Assembly (NCBI GenBank): GCA_964531275.1
Contig: CAZHDZ010000001.1
Location: 68,882 to 132,881, forward strand
Origin: an uncultured Gammaproteobacteria bacterium
Lineage (GTDB): Bacteria > Patescibacteriota > Microgenomatia > Levybacterales > GWA1-39-11
Length of the DNA: 64,000 bases
Direction of reading: 5' to 3'
The translations under genes were made by a program, and so were the position numbers. The notes beneath the pieces are model-generated. The model searched no databases. It saw only the letters and a list, made by a program, of their open reading frames with translations, and was not told where the DNA came from. Shown here in pieces: positions 6,756-16,049 of this stretch (its first letter is position 1; each line of letters starts with the position of its first letter).

Positions 6756-8687
6756 ATGCCAATTGATAATTCTGTAGAAAAAGCCATATTATTTCTTGCA
6801 AAATCGCAGCAGCCTAACGGATCATTTTTGAGCCTCTCATCTAAAAGTCCTACAAATTTTAAGGAGGCAATTATTTTCCCGTCTGTCTTTTCATCAACCT
6901 TGATACTGTCTAGTCTGGCTAGGATAAACGAGAATGAGACTTTAAAAACAATAAAGGAAAAGCTTGCAAGCTTCTTACTTGCTCAAAGAAGTGACGCATG
7001 GTCATTCAACTACTGGGATAGAGAGGCAGTTGAATATAAAAAAATTCCCTATCCCGATGATCTTGATGACACGTTTTCGGCGCTAGCTGCTTTGCATCTC
7101 TATGATCCAAAAATAATTACTGGCGAAGTACTTGCAAAATCAGTTTCTCTTTTGACTACTCTTGAGGTTGATGAAGGCGGTCCTTATCGCACGTGGCTCG
7201 TTGATGAGAACAGTGAAAGTGCGTGGAAGGATGTTGATTTTGCTGTTAATTCAAACATCGGATACTTTTTGTCTCTAATTGGTGTCAGTCTTCCAAAACA
7301 AATAGATTTCTTGGAGCGACAAATTGCTGAGGATAAAATAGAATCTCCTTATTATCCCAATAGTTATCCGTTAATTTACTTTATTTCACGATTCTACAAA
7401 GGTCCTTATAAGGACAACTTAATTAAAAAAATCCACAGTCTCAGTCCTTCTAACTCATTGGATAATGCTCTTTGCGCGCTTTCTCTAATGAACCTAAATG
7501 AAAAGCACGAGAATATTAAAGATCATGTAGAGTATGTTATTGAAAACCAAATGAACGGGTATTGGGAGGCGGCACCATTTTATACAGGAGTTAACCCAAA
7601 AAGAGACAATAATTATTTTGCAGGAAGTGACGAGCTGACTACAGGATTTTGCATCGAAGCATTATACGCTTTTTCTCAATATACTGCCGTTATTTCACAA
7701 AAAAATATTGAGAAGAAAGGGGAAGAATTAGATAGAAGTATTCTTAATCTGACGAAGAAACGATTCCTAAACACTGGCCGCGGTCTTCAAGAGCAGGCAA
7801 TAGAAGTGATAGATTCTGTAAAGCGAGATGATAAGTCATTTCAAATAACATTGACACCGTTTTATTTTACTTTTTCTTTGGGAAACCACGGTTCTGATGT
7901 TAGCGATGAATTACTTGTTGCCTTGGGAAGTGCAAATTTATATGGGTGGATTGCTTATTCAATTTATGACGATTTCTTGGATGAAGAGGGTGAACTTGCA
8001 AAACTTTCAGTGGCTAACGTGGCATTGAGAGAGTCTTCCGGAATATTCGAAACCATTCTTCCCGGCTCTGGATTTGTGAATCATGCCCGTAAGGTAATTG
8101 ATGCGATTGATTCAGCAAATACTTGGGAGGTAACGATGACAAGGAAAAAAATAAAAAAAGGAGATATGCTCAAAGAAATTGTACTGCCTGATTGGGGGAA
8201 CTTTGAGAAAATTGCTGCAAGATCCTTCGGTCATGCATTAGGTCCGATTGCAATCTTATATTCACTTGGGTTTTATGACCAGTCGTCAGAAGTAAAAAAT
8301 CTTGAAAAGTTTTTTAGGTCATATCTTATTGCAAAACAGTTAAATGATGATGCTCATGATTGGCAGGAAGACCTGCAAAAAGGACATATGACACCTGTTG
8401 TTACACTTTTGTTGCATAGAATGTTAATAAAAAAACCAAATTATGAAGTTATCTCAATGAATATATTGATACAAGATCTTAATGAGATCTTTTGGTATGA
8501 CGTAATTCTTGATACCTGCGAAAATATACTAATGTATGTTAGGAAGGCGAAGAAGTACATTCAAAAAATTCCAATTATTGAAAAGCCAGAAATTCTAGAA
8601 GATCTCTTGATAGGCGTGGAGAATGGTGCTTTAAAGGCCATTAAGGACCGGAAAAAAACAGTCGACTTTCTTAATGTTTATTCTTAA
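6756..8687 (+). CDS. bifunctional class II terpene cyclase-like (prenyltransferase/squalene oxidase repeat) + class I isoprenoid synthase-fold (ComQ-like) protein
   Basis: N-half: QW-like QQPNGSF and NQMNGYW repeats plus PDDLDDT (DxDD). C-half: YDDFLD (DDxxD) and QLNDDAHDWQEDL. Confidence 0.8.
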   Translation: MPIDNSVEKAILFLAKSQQPNGSFLSLSSKSPTNFKEAIIFPSVFSSTLILSSLARINENETLKTIKEKLASFLLAQRSDAWSFNYWDREAVEYKKIPYPDDLDDTFSALAALHLYDPKIITGEVLAKSVSLLTTLEVDEGGPYRTWLVDENSESAWKDVDFAVNSNIGYFLSLIGVSLPKQIDFLERQIAEDKIESPYYPNSYPLIYFISRFYKGPYKDNLIKKIHSLSPSNSLDNALCALSLMNLNEKHENIKDHVEYVIENQMNGYWEAAPFYTGVNPKRDNNYFAGSDELTTGFCIEALYAFSQYTAVISQKNIEKKGEELDRSILNLTKKRFLNTGRGLQEQAIEVIDSVKRDDKSFQITLTPFYFTFSLGNHGSDVSDELLVALGSANLYGWIAYSIYDDFLDEEGELAKLSVANVALRESSGIFETILPGSGFVNHARKVIDAIDSANTWEVTMTRKKIKKGDMLKEIVLPDWGNFEKIAARSFGHALGPIAILYSLGFYDQSSEVKNLEKFFRSYLIAKQLNDDAHDWQEDLQKGHMTPVVTLLLHRMLIKKPNYEVISMNILIQDLNEIFWYDVILDTCENILMYVRKAKKYIQKIPIIEKPEILEDLLIGVENGALKAIKDRKKTVDFLNVYS

Positions 8688-8731
8688 GCCCATCTGTATT
8701 GTCGTGTACTCCTCCTATATAATCTAAGCAA

Positions 8732-10168
8732 TTGATGAGAAATATTCTTGTATTTATCATCTGCCTGACATTATTCCTCTCTTTGTGCATTGGGTTTGAT
8801 TTGTCACCTTATTTAAGGGGACCTGCTCCTTACCCACCAGATTGGCGCTGGGATTATCTATTTGTAAATACCTATGACAAAATATGGTTTCCCCTCGTAG
8901 TCACATTAGTCGCTCTTTTTGCATACATAAAACTTGATGGCAGTAGAAAAAAATGGTCACTTACAAAAGAGGTAAAGACAATTTTAATACTAATTGTCAT
9001 CTCAGTAGTCTTTCAGTTTGCAGTACTTTATTTTAACAGAGCTGGAATCTCAGTACTTCTTCATAGGATAATTAATCCTGATTTGAATGGATATTTTTCA
9101 TCAAGTCTAAGGATAAATGATCTTGGTGCTTTTTTTAGAAATTTTAATGATATTGTCTTAACATTAGATCAGCATGCGCAAGGGCATCCTCCATTTTCTA
9201 TTCTTCTTTTTTGGTTGATAAACAAATTCTTCTTAATAACACCTTTTCTTTATGAAATAGTAGAAAAGATTAATCCTTCACGTGGTGACGTTTTGCAAAT
9301 GTGGAAAGCTCTTCTACCAAATGAAAAATTGGGAGCTCTTTTTTCCACGGTACTTATACCATTCTTGACCTCGTTGATTATTTACCCACTTTATAAAATT
9401 TCTAAGAAATTATATGGGAGAAGTGTGGCATTAAGAACTGGATTCTCATATATATTTATTCCAGGAGTTGTTCTTTTTGTACCTATAAATGATGTTTTTA
9501 TTTCACTATTCCCTCTCTTTTCGTTTTGGATATTTATTGAGGCTATTAGTAGAAGCAGTAAAAAACTGTTCATTCTTTCTGGATTACTATTTTCGGTTGG
9601 GCTTTTCTTTAGTCTTTCTCTTCTTCCATTGCTTGTTGTATTTGTTATGTACAGTGTTCCTTTTCTTTGGAGAAAGTCAGAACTGGTTGGATTTGGCTTT
9701 TTACTTAGTGGTTTTGGATTGTTAGTGATACCGGTTCTATTAAGCTTCTTTGGATTCAATTCAGTTCAAGTTCTTTTTACAATCATGTCCGGGCTTCCTG
9801 AGAATAGGTATTACTTTCCATGGGTATTCTACAATTTATATGACTTTTTTATATTCTTTGGAATTGGATTTAGTTTCATCTACTTCTACATGATCGGAAG
9901 TATGATCAAAAATAGAAAATTGAAAAAACTGGACCTAGTTTTTTTAGGTACATTCACCATGCTATTAGTTCTCGATCTTTCAGGATCTGTTAGGGGGGAA
10001 GTCGGTAGGATATGGATTCCTTTTATGCCCTTTCTTTTGTTGCCAGTTATTAATTTTGTATCAACTAAAAAAGGTCTTAATTTTTCAAGAAACGAATTTG
10101 TGATTTTTATACTTGCCCAATGCGCTTTGCTACTTGTCGTGAATGAATATTGGGTTACCTTGTGGTAA
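8732..10168 (+). CDS. polytopic membrane protein, GT-C fold glycosyltransferase-like
   Basis: more than 10 TMs; HAQGHPP loop and GEVGRIWIPF motif. Confidence 0.6.
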   Translation: MMRNILVFIICLTLFLSLCIGFDLSPYLRGPAPYPPDWRWDYLFVNTYDKIWFPLVVTLVALFAYIKLDGSRKKWSLTKEVKTILILIVISVVFQFAVLYFNRAGISVLLHRIINPDLNGYFSSSLRINDLGAFFRNFNDIVLTLDQHAQGHPPFSILLFWLINKFFLITPFLYEIVEKINPSRGDVLQMWKALLPNEKLGALFSTVLIPFLTSLIIYPLYKISKKLYGRSVALRTGFSYIFIPGVVLFVPINDVFISLFPLFSFWIFIEAISRSSKKLFILSGLLFSVGLFFSLSLLPLLVVFVMYSVPFLWRKSELVGFGFLLSGFGLLVIPVLLSFFGFNSVQVLFTIMSGLPENRYYFPWVFYNLYDFFIFFGIGFSFIYFYMIGSMIKNRKLKKLDLVFLGTFTMLLVLDLSGSVRGEVGRIWIPFMPFLLLPVINFVSTKKGLNFSRNEFVIFILAQCALLLVVNEYWVTLW

Positions 10169-10213
10169 GGAATTTGACATACCTTTCACCTCGTGTACAA
10201 TATGCATTGGCCT

Positions 10214-10654
10214 ATGAGAATACTAAAAATTATTGCAATTTCTTGTTTCCTTATACTTTTAAGCACCAACTCTGCCTTTGCAGCTGACGTCTTAATTAAA
10301 GGAAAGATAATTGATGCAAAGGAGCAGCCAGTAGGGCTTAGCTCTATTAAGTTTATAAATCAACAGGGGCAAAGTGTAGCAGATACTTCAACGGATTCAA
10401 ATGGTGCTTATTCCGTAATTATTTCTCAAGGAACCTACACAATTGAGGCGTCCGGACCTGCCGACAGTAAATTTAAAACTACAACCTTGAAAGACCAGGC
10501 TCTAAATAGTGATACAGACAAAAATATAATACTTTCAACGGGTTCTCTTCCAGCAATAGGGTCATTACCTTGGATTCCTATTTTAATAGTTGCAGCAATT
10601 ATCGTTGTAATTATTATCTTTTTTGCAGTCAGACGACGTGGTTCCTCCCTTTAG
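10214..10654 (+). CDS. secreted carboxypeptidase-regulatory-like (beta-sandwich) domain protein with C-terminal TM anchor
   Basis: signal peptide AFA|AD; IKGKIIDAKEQPV, TDSNGAYS, GTYTIEAS; TM followed by RRR; start could also be 10193 or 10202. Confidence 0.75.
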   Translation: MRILKIIAISCFLILLSTNSAFAADVLIKGKIIDAKEQPVGLSSIKFINQQGQSVADTSTDSNGAYSVIISQGTYTIEASGPADSKFKTTTLKDQALNSDTDKNIILSTGSLPAIGSLPWIPILIVAAIIVVIIIFFAVRRRGSSL

Positions 10655-10704
10655 TATTTGTTGACTTCGCTTTTCCCACATGAAACAATCAATTAATTGA
10701 TGTT

Positions 10705-11175
10705 ATGAAAGTAAAAGCTGTTGTCTTTATTTTAGTTTCAATTCTTTTCCTAAACCTTGCAAATGTATCGCTTGCTCAAGAAGCTAAGGTTAGCGGTAAA
10801 GTTGTGGATAGCCAAGGTAGCCCTATTGCAAACAGCAAGGTTAAAGTTACAAATACGGACGGCAAAATCGTTACTGTCGTGACAGACATGGAAGGTACTT
10901 ACACCCTAACAGTTCCGTCTGGTACATATTCAATCGAAGTAGATGGTGCACAAGGCAGCAGTCTTCCTTCAATAAAAACCGCAGGTCAGATCATCTCAGG
11001 TGATACTGTTAAGGATTTTACAATAGAAACAGGTTCTCAAGCTGTAACTGAAGATAAAGCCTCGGGAAAGAATAATACAATCATTTATATACTATTGGGA
11101 GTTTTAATTTTGATCGGGACATTCGGGGTGTATCTTTATATGAAGAATTATAAGAAAAAGAGTTCTATCTCCTAG
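10705..11175 (+). CDS. paralogous carboxypeptidase-regulatory-like domain protein with C-terminal TM anchor
   Basis: signal peptide; VSGKVVDSQGSPI, TDMEGTYT, GTYSIEV; TM followed by KKK. Confidence 0.75.
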   Translation: MKVKAVVFILVSILFLNLANVSLAQEAKVSGKVVDSQGSPIANSKVKVTNTDGKIVTVVTDMEGTYTLTVPSGTYSIEVDGAQGSSLPSIKTAGQIISGDTVKDFTIETGSQAVTEDKASGKNNTIIYILLGVLILIGTFGVYLYMKNYKKKSSIS

Positions 11176-14100
11176 TTATTCAGGCGGCTGCCATCCTCCG
11201 GATCTTATCTTGGTACTAAATGCTCCAAGCCAGTAGTCTACAAAATTGATAACCCCATTTTTGTCAAAATCCCAAGATGAGTTATAGACCTTTTGTTGGT
11301 ATGTGATCATATCAAAAACTGAATACCAACTAAGTGGTGGATCAACAATACCAACCTTAGTTGTGCAATCAATTATTCCAGTGTAGGTAGGCCCATTCTT
11401 TTTATCTATTGCTGATGGATTGTACCAATTTGTTATTCTCCAATATACGGTTTTTCCGCAGTTACTTTCGTAAAACACATAACCTGTTGTAAGACTGACA
11501 AATCCTACGTACTTATTGGTAATTTGTCTTAGGGCTGCGTAGCTTTGGTTAAGCGGTGCGTCTTGGGAATAGGCACTTGGAATACCAAAGGAGTTGCTTT
11601 GTTGTGTGTAGTCTCCCGAAAAGTCAGACTTTAAAGATATTTGCATATTCCATCCAGCACCACTTGGCGCAAATCCCGGATGATCGAAGAAGAATACTGC
11701 ATAGTTCTTGAAGAACTTTGTTTGATCGATCTTGTATCCCGGTACTATAGTGTCGTAGTTTATTGGTGGTGTTGTTGGATATGAAGTAGGCGTTGGTGTG
11801 GGTGTTGGAGTTCTGGTTGGGGTTGGAGATGGTGTAGGTGGATTTGTTGGACTTGCTTGCGCTATTCGAACTATTCCATTTGCCGGATTTTCAACAGTTG
11901 TTTGTCCCTGCTTTGCTACCCAGAATTGATACGGATAGTCCTGCGCAAGGAGTCCACTTTGTGGAAGAGAGATTGTTATTGGAATGCTTTTTGTTGCTCC
12001 GGCAGCCAAGGTGAAGCTTGGAGGTACTCCGGCAAGACCCCAGCCCGATGGATATCCATAACTTATTGTGTAGAAAGTAGGGGCACATGTCGGTGTGTTG
12101 TTGTTCTGGATCAAAAGGGTGTTGGAAAGTGTTGCACCAGGTGTCGCTAAAATTATTGGTTGAGAAAGCGTAACTGTCTGCATCGTATCGCAATTGGCAG
12201 CAACGGTTGGCGTTGGAGATATTGTAGAACCTGGAAGTAACACTCGAGTAGTACCATTTACAATTATCGGATCAACAGAAGGTTGTCCTGATGTTGAAAT
12301 CCAGAACTGATAATTATAATCTTGTGCAAGAAGCCCATCAGATGGAAGATAAAGTGTATAGTCGATAATATCTGTAATGCTCGGTAACAATGCACGATAC
12401 ATACCTCTTTGTAAGAGGCCCCATCCGGTGGGAATGCTATAACTCACTGTATAAAAAACAGGACCACATGTAGGAGAAGCATTACTTTTTATTGTCATCT
12501 TACTTTTAATCTTTGTTCCTGGTAAACCCAAAGTTAAAGGCTCGGACAACGTGACAGTTGGTTGTGTTATACATTCGGCAGGTATAGTTGGTGGTGGAGT
12601 AATAGTTGGTGGTGCTCCTGTTACTCTGACGATAGCGTTCAGCCAACCGACCGCTTTTACCCACCAACTAGTATATTCTGAGGATAAATAGGTACCTGCC
12701 GAAAAGTTTGCAACGTAATCTTTATTGGAAAGTCCTACTGAAGGTACATGGATTGTATATGCAAGCTCTTTCGTCTCTCCCGTGCCTAATAGAAATGGAC
12801 CTGAAGGTCCAAATCGACCAGTAGGTCCAGTAACTAACCATGTATCTGGATTTATGTTACCGGGATAAGTATAATTTATTATATATTCAATCGGTTTGCA
12901 AACACCTGTATTATTGTTCTTAAGAACAACCGTAGTTGTAACCTTTGACCCAGGGGTTGCAAGAATCGGGGCGTTATCTTTTAGCGAGATGGTGTGTTGC
13001 TGTGAGCAATTAGGATAAGCTGGGGTGGGAGTTGGCCAAGGAGTCTGAGTGAAATTACTACTACAACCCACCTGAGTATATACTGGTATCGAATTTCCTA
13101 TATAATCTTGACAATAATTTGATGTTTTATCAGACGGTGACAAAATAAAAGATCCATAACAATAAAGCTTTTCACCCTCATAACATATATTACCTAGTGA
13201 AGTGCCTAGTCTGGATACCTTTGTAACTAAATGGTGGTAAGAATCGACTGCATACCCATAAGCAGGATCAGAAGAAATAAGGATATCCCGAGGGGTTGGG
13301 GTGGGAGTCTGAGGCATAGGTGTTGGGGTGGGAGTCTGAGGCATAGGTGTTGGGGTTTGTGTTGGACTTGGAAATACGGTTGGCGTAATTCCTCCTTGAG
13401 GAAGCAAATTAGGAGTTCCCAGTCCTGTAGGGCCATCATAGCCTACACCTGCCATGCATTTGAGCATTCCACCACAGCTTCCATTTGAGCCAATATTTAC
13501 ATCTCTAAATTTATCCTGTTGGGTATATGGGAAAGCAGAACCATCAGTTCCTGATGGTATGCCTCCCTGAAGAGCAATGACTGCTGCATATAGTGGAGAG
13601 GATAGACTAGTGCCTCCAATTATCTTCCATCCTGATCTTCCAAAGCCATTTCCCGAATCATAGACAGCAGCTCCCGTATAGGGACTTGCAACAGCCGAAA
13701 CATCGGAAACTGATTTTTTCGTGCCACATCCAACCGCAGACCAGTTAGGGAGTGAAGTTTGGTAAGTTCCTGCAAGTCGTGTTGCAGAACATCCACTCCC
13801 TGCCCCATTCCATGTTTTCTCACTTGCATATGTATTGTCGGGGAAGAGCGACAATTCTGTTCCTCCTACACCTATAACTTTGGAGTGAGAAGCAGGGAAG
13901 ATTGTTCCGTACCCCCAATCCCCCGATGAAGCTGTAACTGCTATTCCGGGATGGTCGTAGAAAGACTCATATTGAGCATATGAAGGGTACTCATAGTTGC
14001 CATAACTATTGGAAATTACTGTGGCGCCCATTTGTGCCGCTCTGCTTGTTGCAGCCCCTAAATTAGTAAAATAATTATCCTCTGCTTCTACGAGCAATAT

Positions 14101-15225
14101 TTTGCATGTTTGGCATATAGCATGTGCAATTTGTACATCCATTGCTGCTTCTACTGCCCAGGTTGAGTCACGTCCTGAAGGTAGCGGACTCGTTTGGCCG
14201 TTTTGGTTAACAATGGTTAGGCATCCATTTGCTTTAGTGCATGGTGGAAGACCAAATGTTTGAGAGTAAACGGCAAGATCTGCTTCGATGGTTGGGCTAT
14301 GGAATGCAAGTATTACTGCTACTGTTTTTGGTCCAAAGGTTGTGGGAGTATCACATTGCCAATCAATGGTGTTGGCCCCAGGCGTGCAAGGCAAATTGTA
14401 TGCTTTGTGCATTTTTTCAGGTGAAAGTCCGTTTGGAGTAGCGAGGGTCGTGAGTGGAGTACCTTTGGAATCAGTTACGAGATCTGACATGCAGGATGCA
14501 GCCCCATCTTGAGGGTCGCTGCAGACGCTTATTGAAGGACGTTCAACAATTGGCATGGGTTCTTCGGGATTATTTGAGGTCGCGGACGCAAGGTCTGCAT
14601 TGGGGCTCATGATCTCAAAACATTCTTGAGCTTCATTTTTAGTGAAGTCACATATGTAGCAATTGTCGTCCCCGGGACAAGAAGGATTTTTTGCGCCATT
14701 CCTTCCATATATAGCCCTTGGATCACTTTTAAATGTAGACGACTTTGGTTTGTAGCAAAGTGCTACTGACCCACTGCATTCAGTCATGAAAATATCTTTT
14801 GCTTCACTTGAATTGACTGCTTTATTTTGAAGATCTCCACCTTTTGTTAACTCTTGGACACAAGAGGGCATTTGGCTCACTGTATCTTTAGTTGCAAGCT
14901 CATTTCTGCACGAAGAATTATCTGTCCAAGGAGTTTTCTTCTCTGTTGCATAATAATATTTTGTAGCGGATGCTAAATCTTTTGTTACCTGCTGGGCTGC
15001 AACATCTTGGGTTTTGTTAAATGATTCAAGGGGATTAATTGCTATAAGAACTATAGCAAACATAACTGCGAGAATACCCAGTACAATCAAAAGCTCAACC
15101 AAAGTAAAGCCGGTCCTCACTTTTTTCAAAAGCTTAGATCCATTTTGCCCTTTTTGCAAAAGGGTGAATCCTTTGGCAATCTTGTGCCTAATTTTATGAC
15201 GAATAACTTCTATATTTAAAAGCAT
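11176..15225 (-). CDS. type IV pilin N-terminal domain fused to S53 (sedolisin-like) peptidase, Pro/Thr linkers, three Ig-like repeats and a dockerin-like C-terminus
   Basis: GFTLVELLIVLGILAV prepilin motif; EAAMD, SNSYG, SSGD, GGTSLSSP, GYDGPTGLGTP; three Cys-flanked ~125-aa repeats; DFDKNGVINFVDY. Confidence 0.85.
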   Translation of the reverse strand: MLLNIEVIRHKIRHKIAKGFTLLQKGQNGSKLLKKVRTGFTLVELLIVLGILAVMFAIVLIAINPLESFNKTQDVAAQQVTKDLASATKYYYATEKKTPWTDNSSCRNELATKDTVSQMPSCVQELTKGGDLQNKAVNSSEAKDIFMTECSGSVALCYKPKSSTFKSDPRAIYGRNGAKNPSCPGDDNCYICDFTKNEAQECFEIMSPNADLASATSNNPEEPMPIVERPSISVCSDPQDGAASCMSDLVTDSKGTPLTTLATPNGLSPEKMHKAYNLPCTPGANTIDWQCDTPTTFGPKTVAVILAFHSPTIEADLAVYSQTFGLPPCTKANGCLTIVNQNGQTSPLPSGRDSTWAVEAAMDVQIAHAICQTCKILLVEAEDNYFTNLGAATSRAAQMGATVISNSYGNYEYPSYAQYESFYDHPGIAVTASSGDWGYGTIFPASHSKVIGVGGTELSLFPDNTYASEKTWNGAGSGCSATRLAGTYQTSLPNWSAVGCGTKKSVSDVSAVASPYTGAAVYDSGNGFGRSGWKIIGGTSLSSPLYAAVIALQGGIPSGTDGSAFPYTQQDKFRDVNIGSNGSCGGMLKCMAGVGYDGPTGLGTPNLLPQGGITPTVFPSPTQTPTPMPQTPTPTPMPQTPTPTPRDILISSDPAYGYAVDSYHHLVTKVSRLGTSLGNICYEGEKLYCYGSFILSPSDKTSNYCQDYIGNSIPVYTQVGCSSNFTQTPWPTPTPAYPNCSQQHTISLKDNAPILATPGSKVTTTVVLKNNNTGVCKPIEYIINYTYPGNINPDTWLVTGPTGRFGPSGPFLLGTGETKELAYTIHVPSVGLSNKDYVANFSAGTYLSSEYTSWWVKAVGWLNAIVRVTGAPPTITPPPTIPAECITQPTVTLSEPLTLGLPGTKIKSKMTIKSNASPTCGPVFYTVSYSIPTGWGLLQRGMYRALLPSITDIIDYTLYLPSDGLLAQDYNYQFWISTSGQPSVDPIIVNGTTRVLLPGSTISPTPTVAANCDTMQTVTLSQPIILATPGATLSNTLLIQNNNTPTCAPTFYTISYGYPSGWGLAGVPPSFTLAAGATKSIPITISLPQSGLLAQDYPYQFWVAKQGQTTVENPANGIVRIAQASPTNPPTPSPTPTRTPTPTPTPTSYPTTPPINYDTIVPGYKIDQTKFFKNYAVFFFDHPGFAPSGAGWNMQISLKSDFSGDYTQQSNSFGIPSAYSQDAPLNQSYAALRQITNKYVGFVSLTTGYVFYESNCGKTVYWRITNWYNPSAIDKKNGPTYTGIIDCTTKVGIVDPPLSWYSVFDMITYQQKVYNSSWDFDKNGVINFVDYWLGAFSTKIRSGGWQPPE
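13295..13356. repeat. 27-bp tandem repeat (about 2.3 copies) encoding a PMPQTPTPT linker
   Basis: gttggggtgggagtctgaggcataggt twice, plus a partial copy. Confidence 0.95.
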
Positions 15226-15277
15226 ACTCTAGTATTTTTACGTTGACAATATTTTGAGAATATACATATAAATAGAG

Positions 15278-15745
15278 GTGGACTACAAAGAATTAAGTAC
15301 TTTTGACACCTCCGGTATACCAGCTGTTGATATAGGTGTAATTTGGATTATTGGTGCAATAGTTGCTGTAATATCTGTACTGGTTTTTCTGTTAATTCTT
15401 TTTGCAACTTGGAGAATATTTTCAAAAGCAGGTAGGCCGGGGTGGTATGCGTTAATACCCATTTTTAATGTTTATGTAATGCTTCAAATTGTCAAAAAAC
15501 CTACATGGTTAACGCTTCTTTTCTTTATTCCCTATGTACAGCTAATTCCGCAAATCATTATTTCGATCGAGCTTGGTAAGGCATTTGGCAAAAGTTCCGC
15601 GTTCTCCGCAATTTTTATACTCATCTTGCCTTTGGGGTACTTTATTATTGCATTTGATGATAGTAAGTATCTCTATGGGGTAAATTCAAATCCCCCCGAT
15701 CCTCTGGTTCCTCCACCAGTTACACCTCCCGATGCGTACGTTTAG
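15278..15745 (+). CDS. DUF5684-like membrane protein
   Basis: WRIFSKAGRPGWYALIPIFNVY and LGKAFGKS signature. Confidence 0.8.
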   Translation: MDYKELSTFDTSGIPAVDIGVIWIIGAIVAVISVLVFLLILFATWRIFSKAGRPGWYALIPIFNVYVMLQIVKKPTWLTLLFFIPYVQLIPQIIISIELGKAFGKSSAFSAIFILILPLGYFIIAFDDSKYLYGVNSNPPDPLVPPPVTPPDAYV

Positions 15746-16049
15746 TGTTGCTTTTTAATTTTAAGAACATTCTCCCGTACCCGAATACAATAATAATACC
15801 TCCGATCAAAATCCCTGAGCCAACAATTTGGATGGACAACTCTTGCTGCAAGGGGACTTTGTACGTCGCAGAGAACAGGGTGCAAATATTCTCTTTTTCC
15901 TTTACGCAGTCTCTTTTTTGGATATATCCGCCTTGCGATTGAGGCAGTAAGTAAAAATAAAGAATGATTGCAGCAATTATGCTTAGAAGCACCCAATAGA
16001 AGATAATATAAAAAGGATAATAATTGATTTTCGATGGTGTTAATTTCAT
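15720..16049 (-). CDS. hypothetical two-TM membrane protein
   Basis: two hydrophobic segments; start overlaps the upstream stop (ATGA coupling at 16046-16049). Confidence 0.6.
   Translation of the reverse strand: MKLTPSKINYYPFYIIFYWVLLSIIAAIILYFYLLPQSQGGYIQKRDCVKEKENICTLFSATYKVPLQQELSIQIVGSGILIGGIIIVFGYGRMFLKLKSNTKRTHREV

Noticed and set aside
6756-8687. Calling this a squalene-hopene cyclase because of its size, QW repeats and DxDD
   Set aside because: DxDD lies near residue 100 and the C-half carries class I DDxxD/NDxxD motifs rather than a second barrel, so the architecture differs from SHC.
13295-13356. Tandem repeat as a regulatory or mobile feature
   Set aside because: In-frame 27-bp unit encoding a Pro/Thr linker; ordinary slippage.
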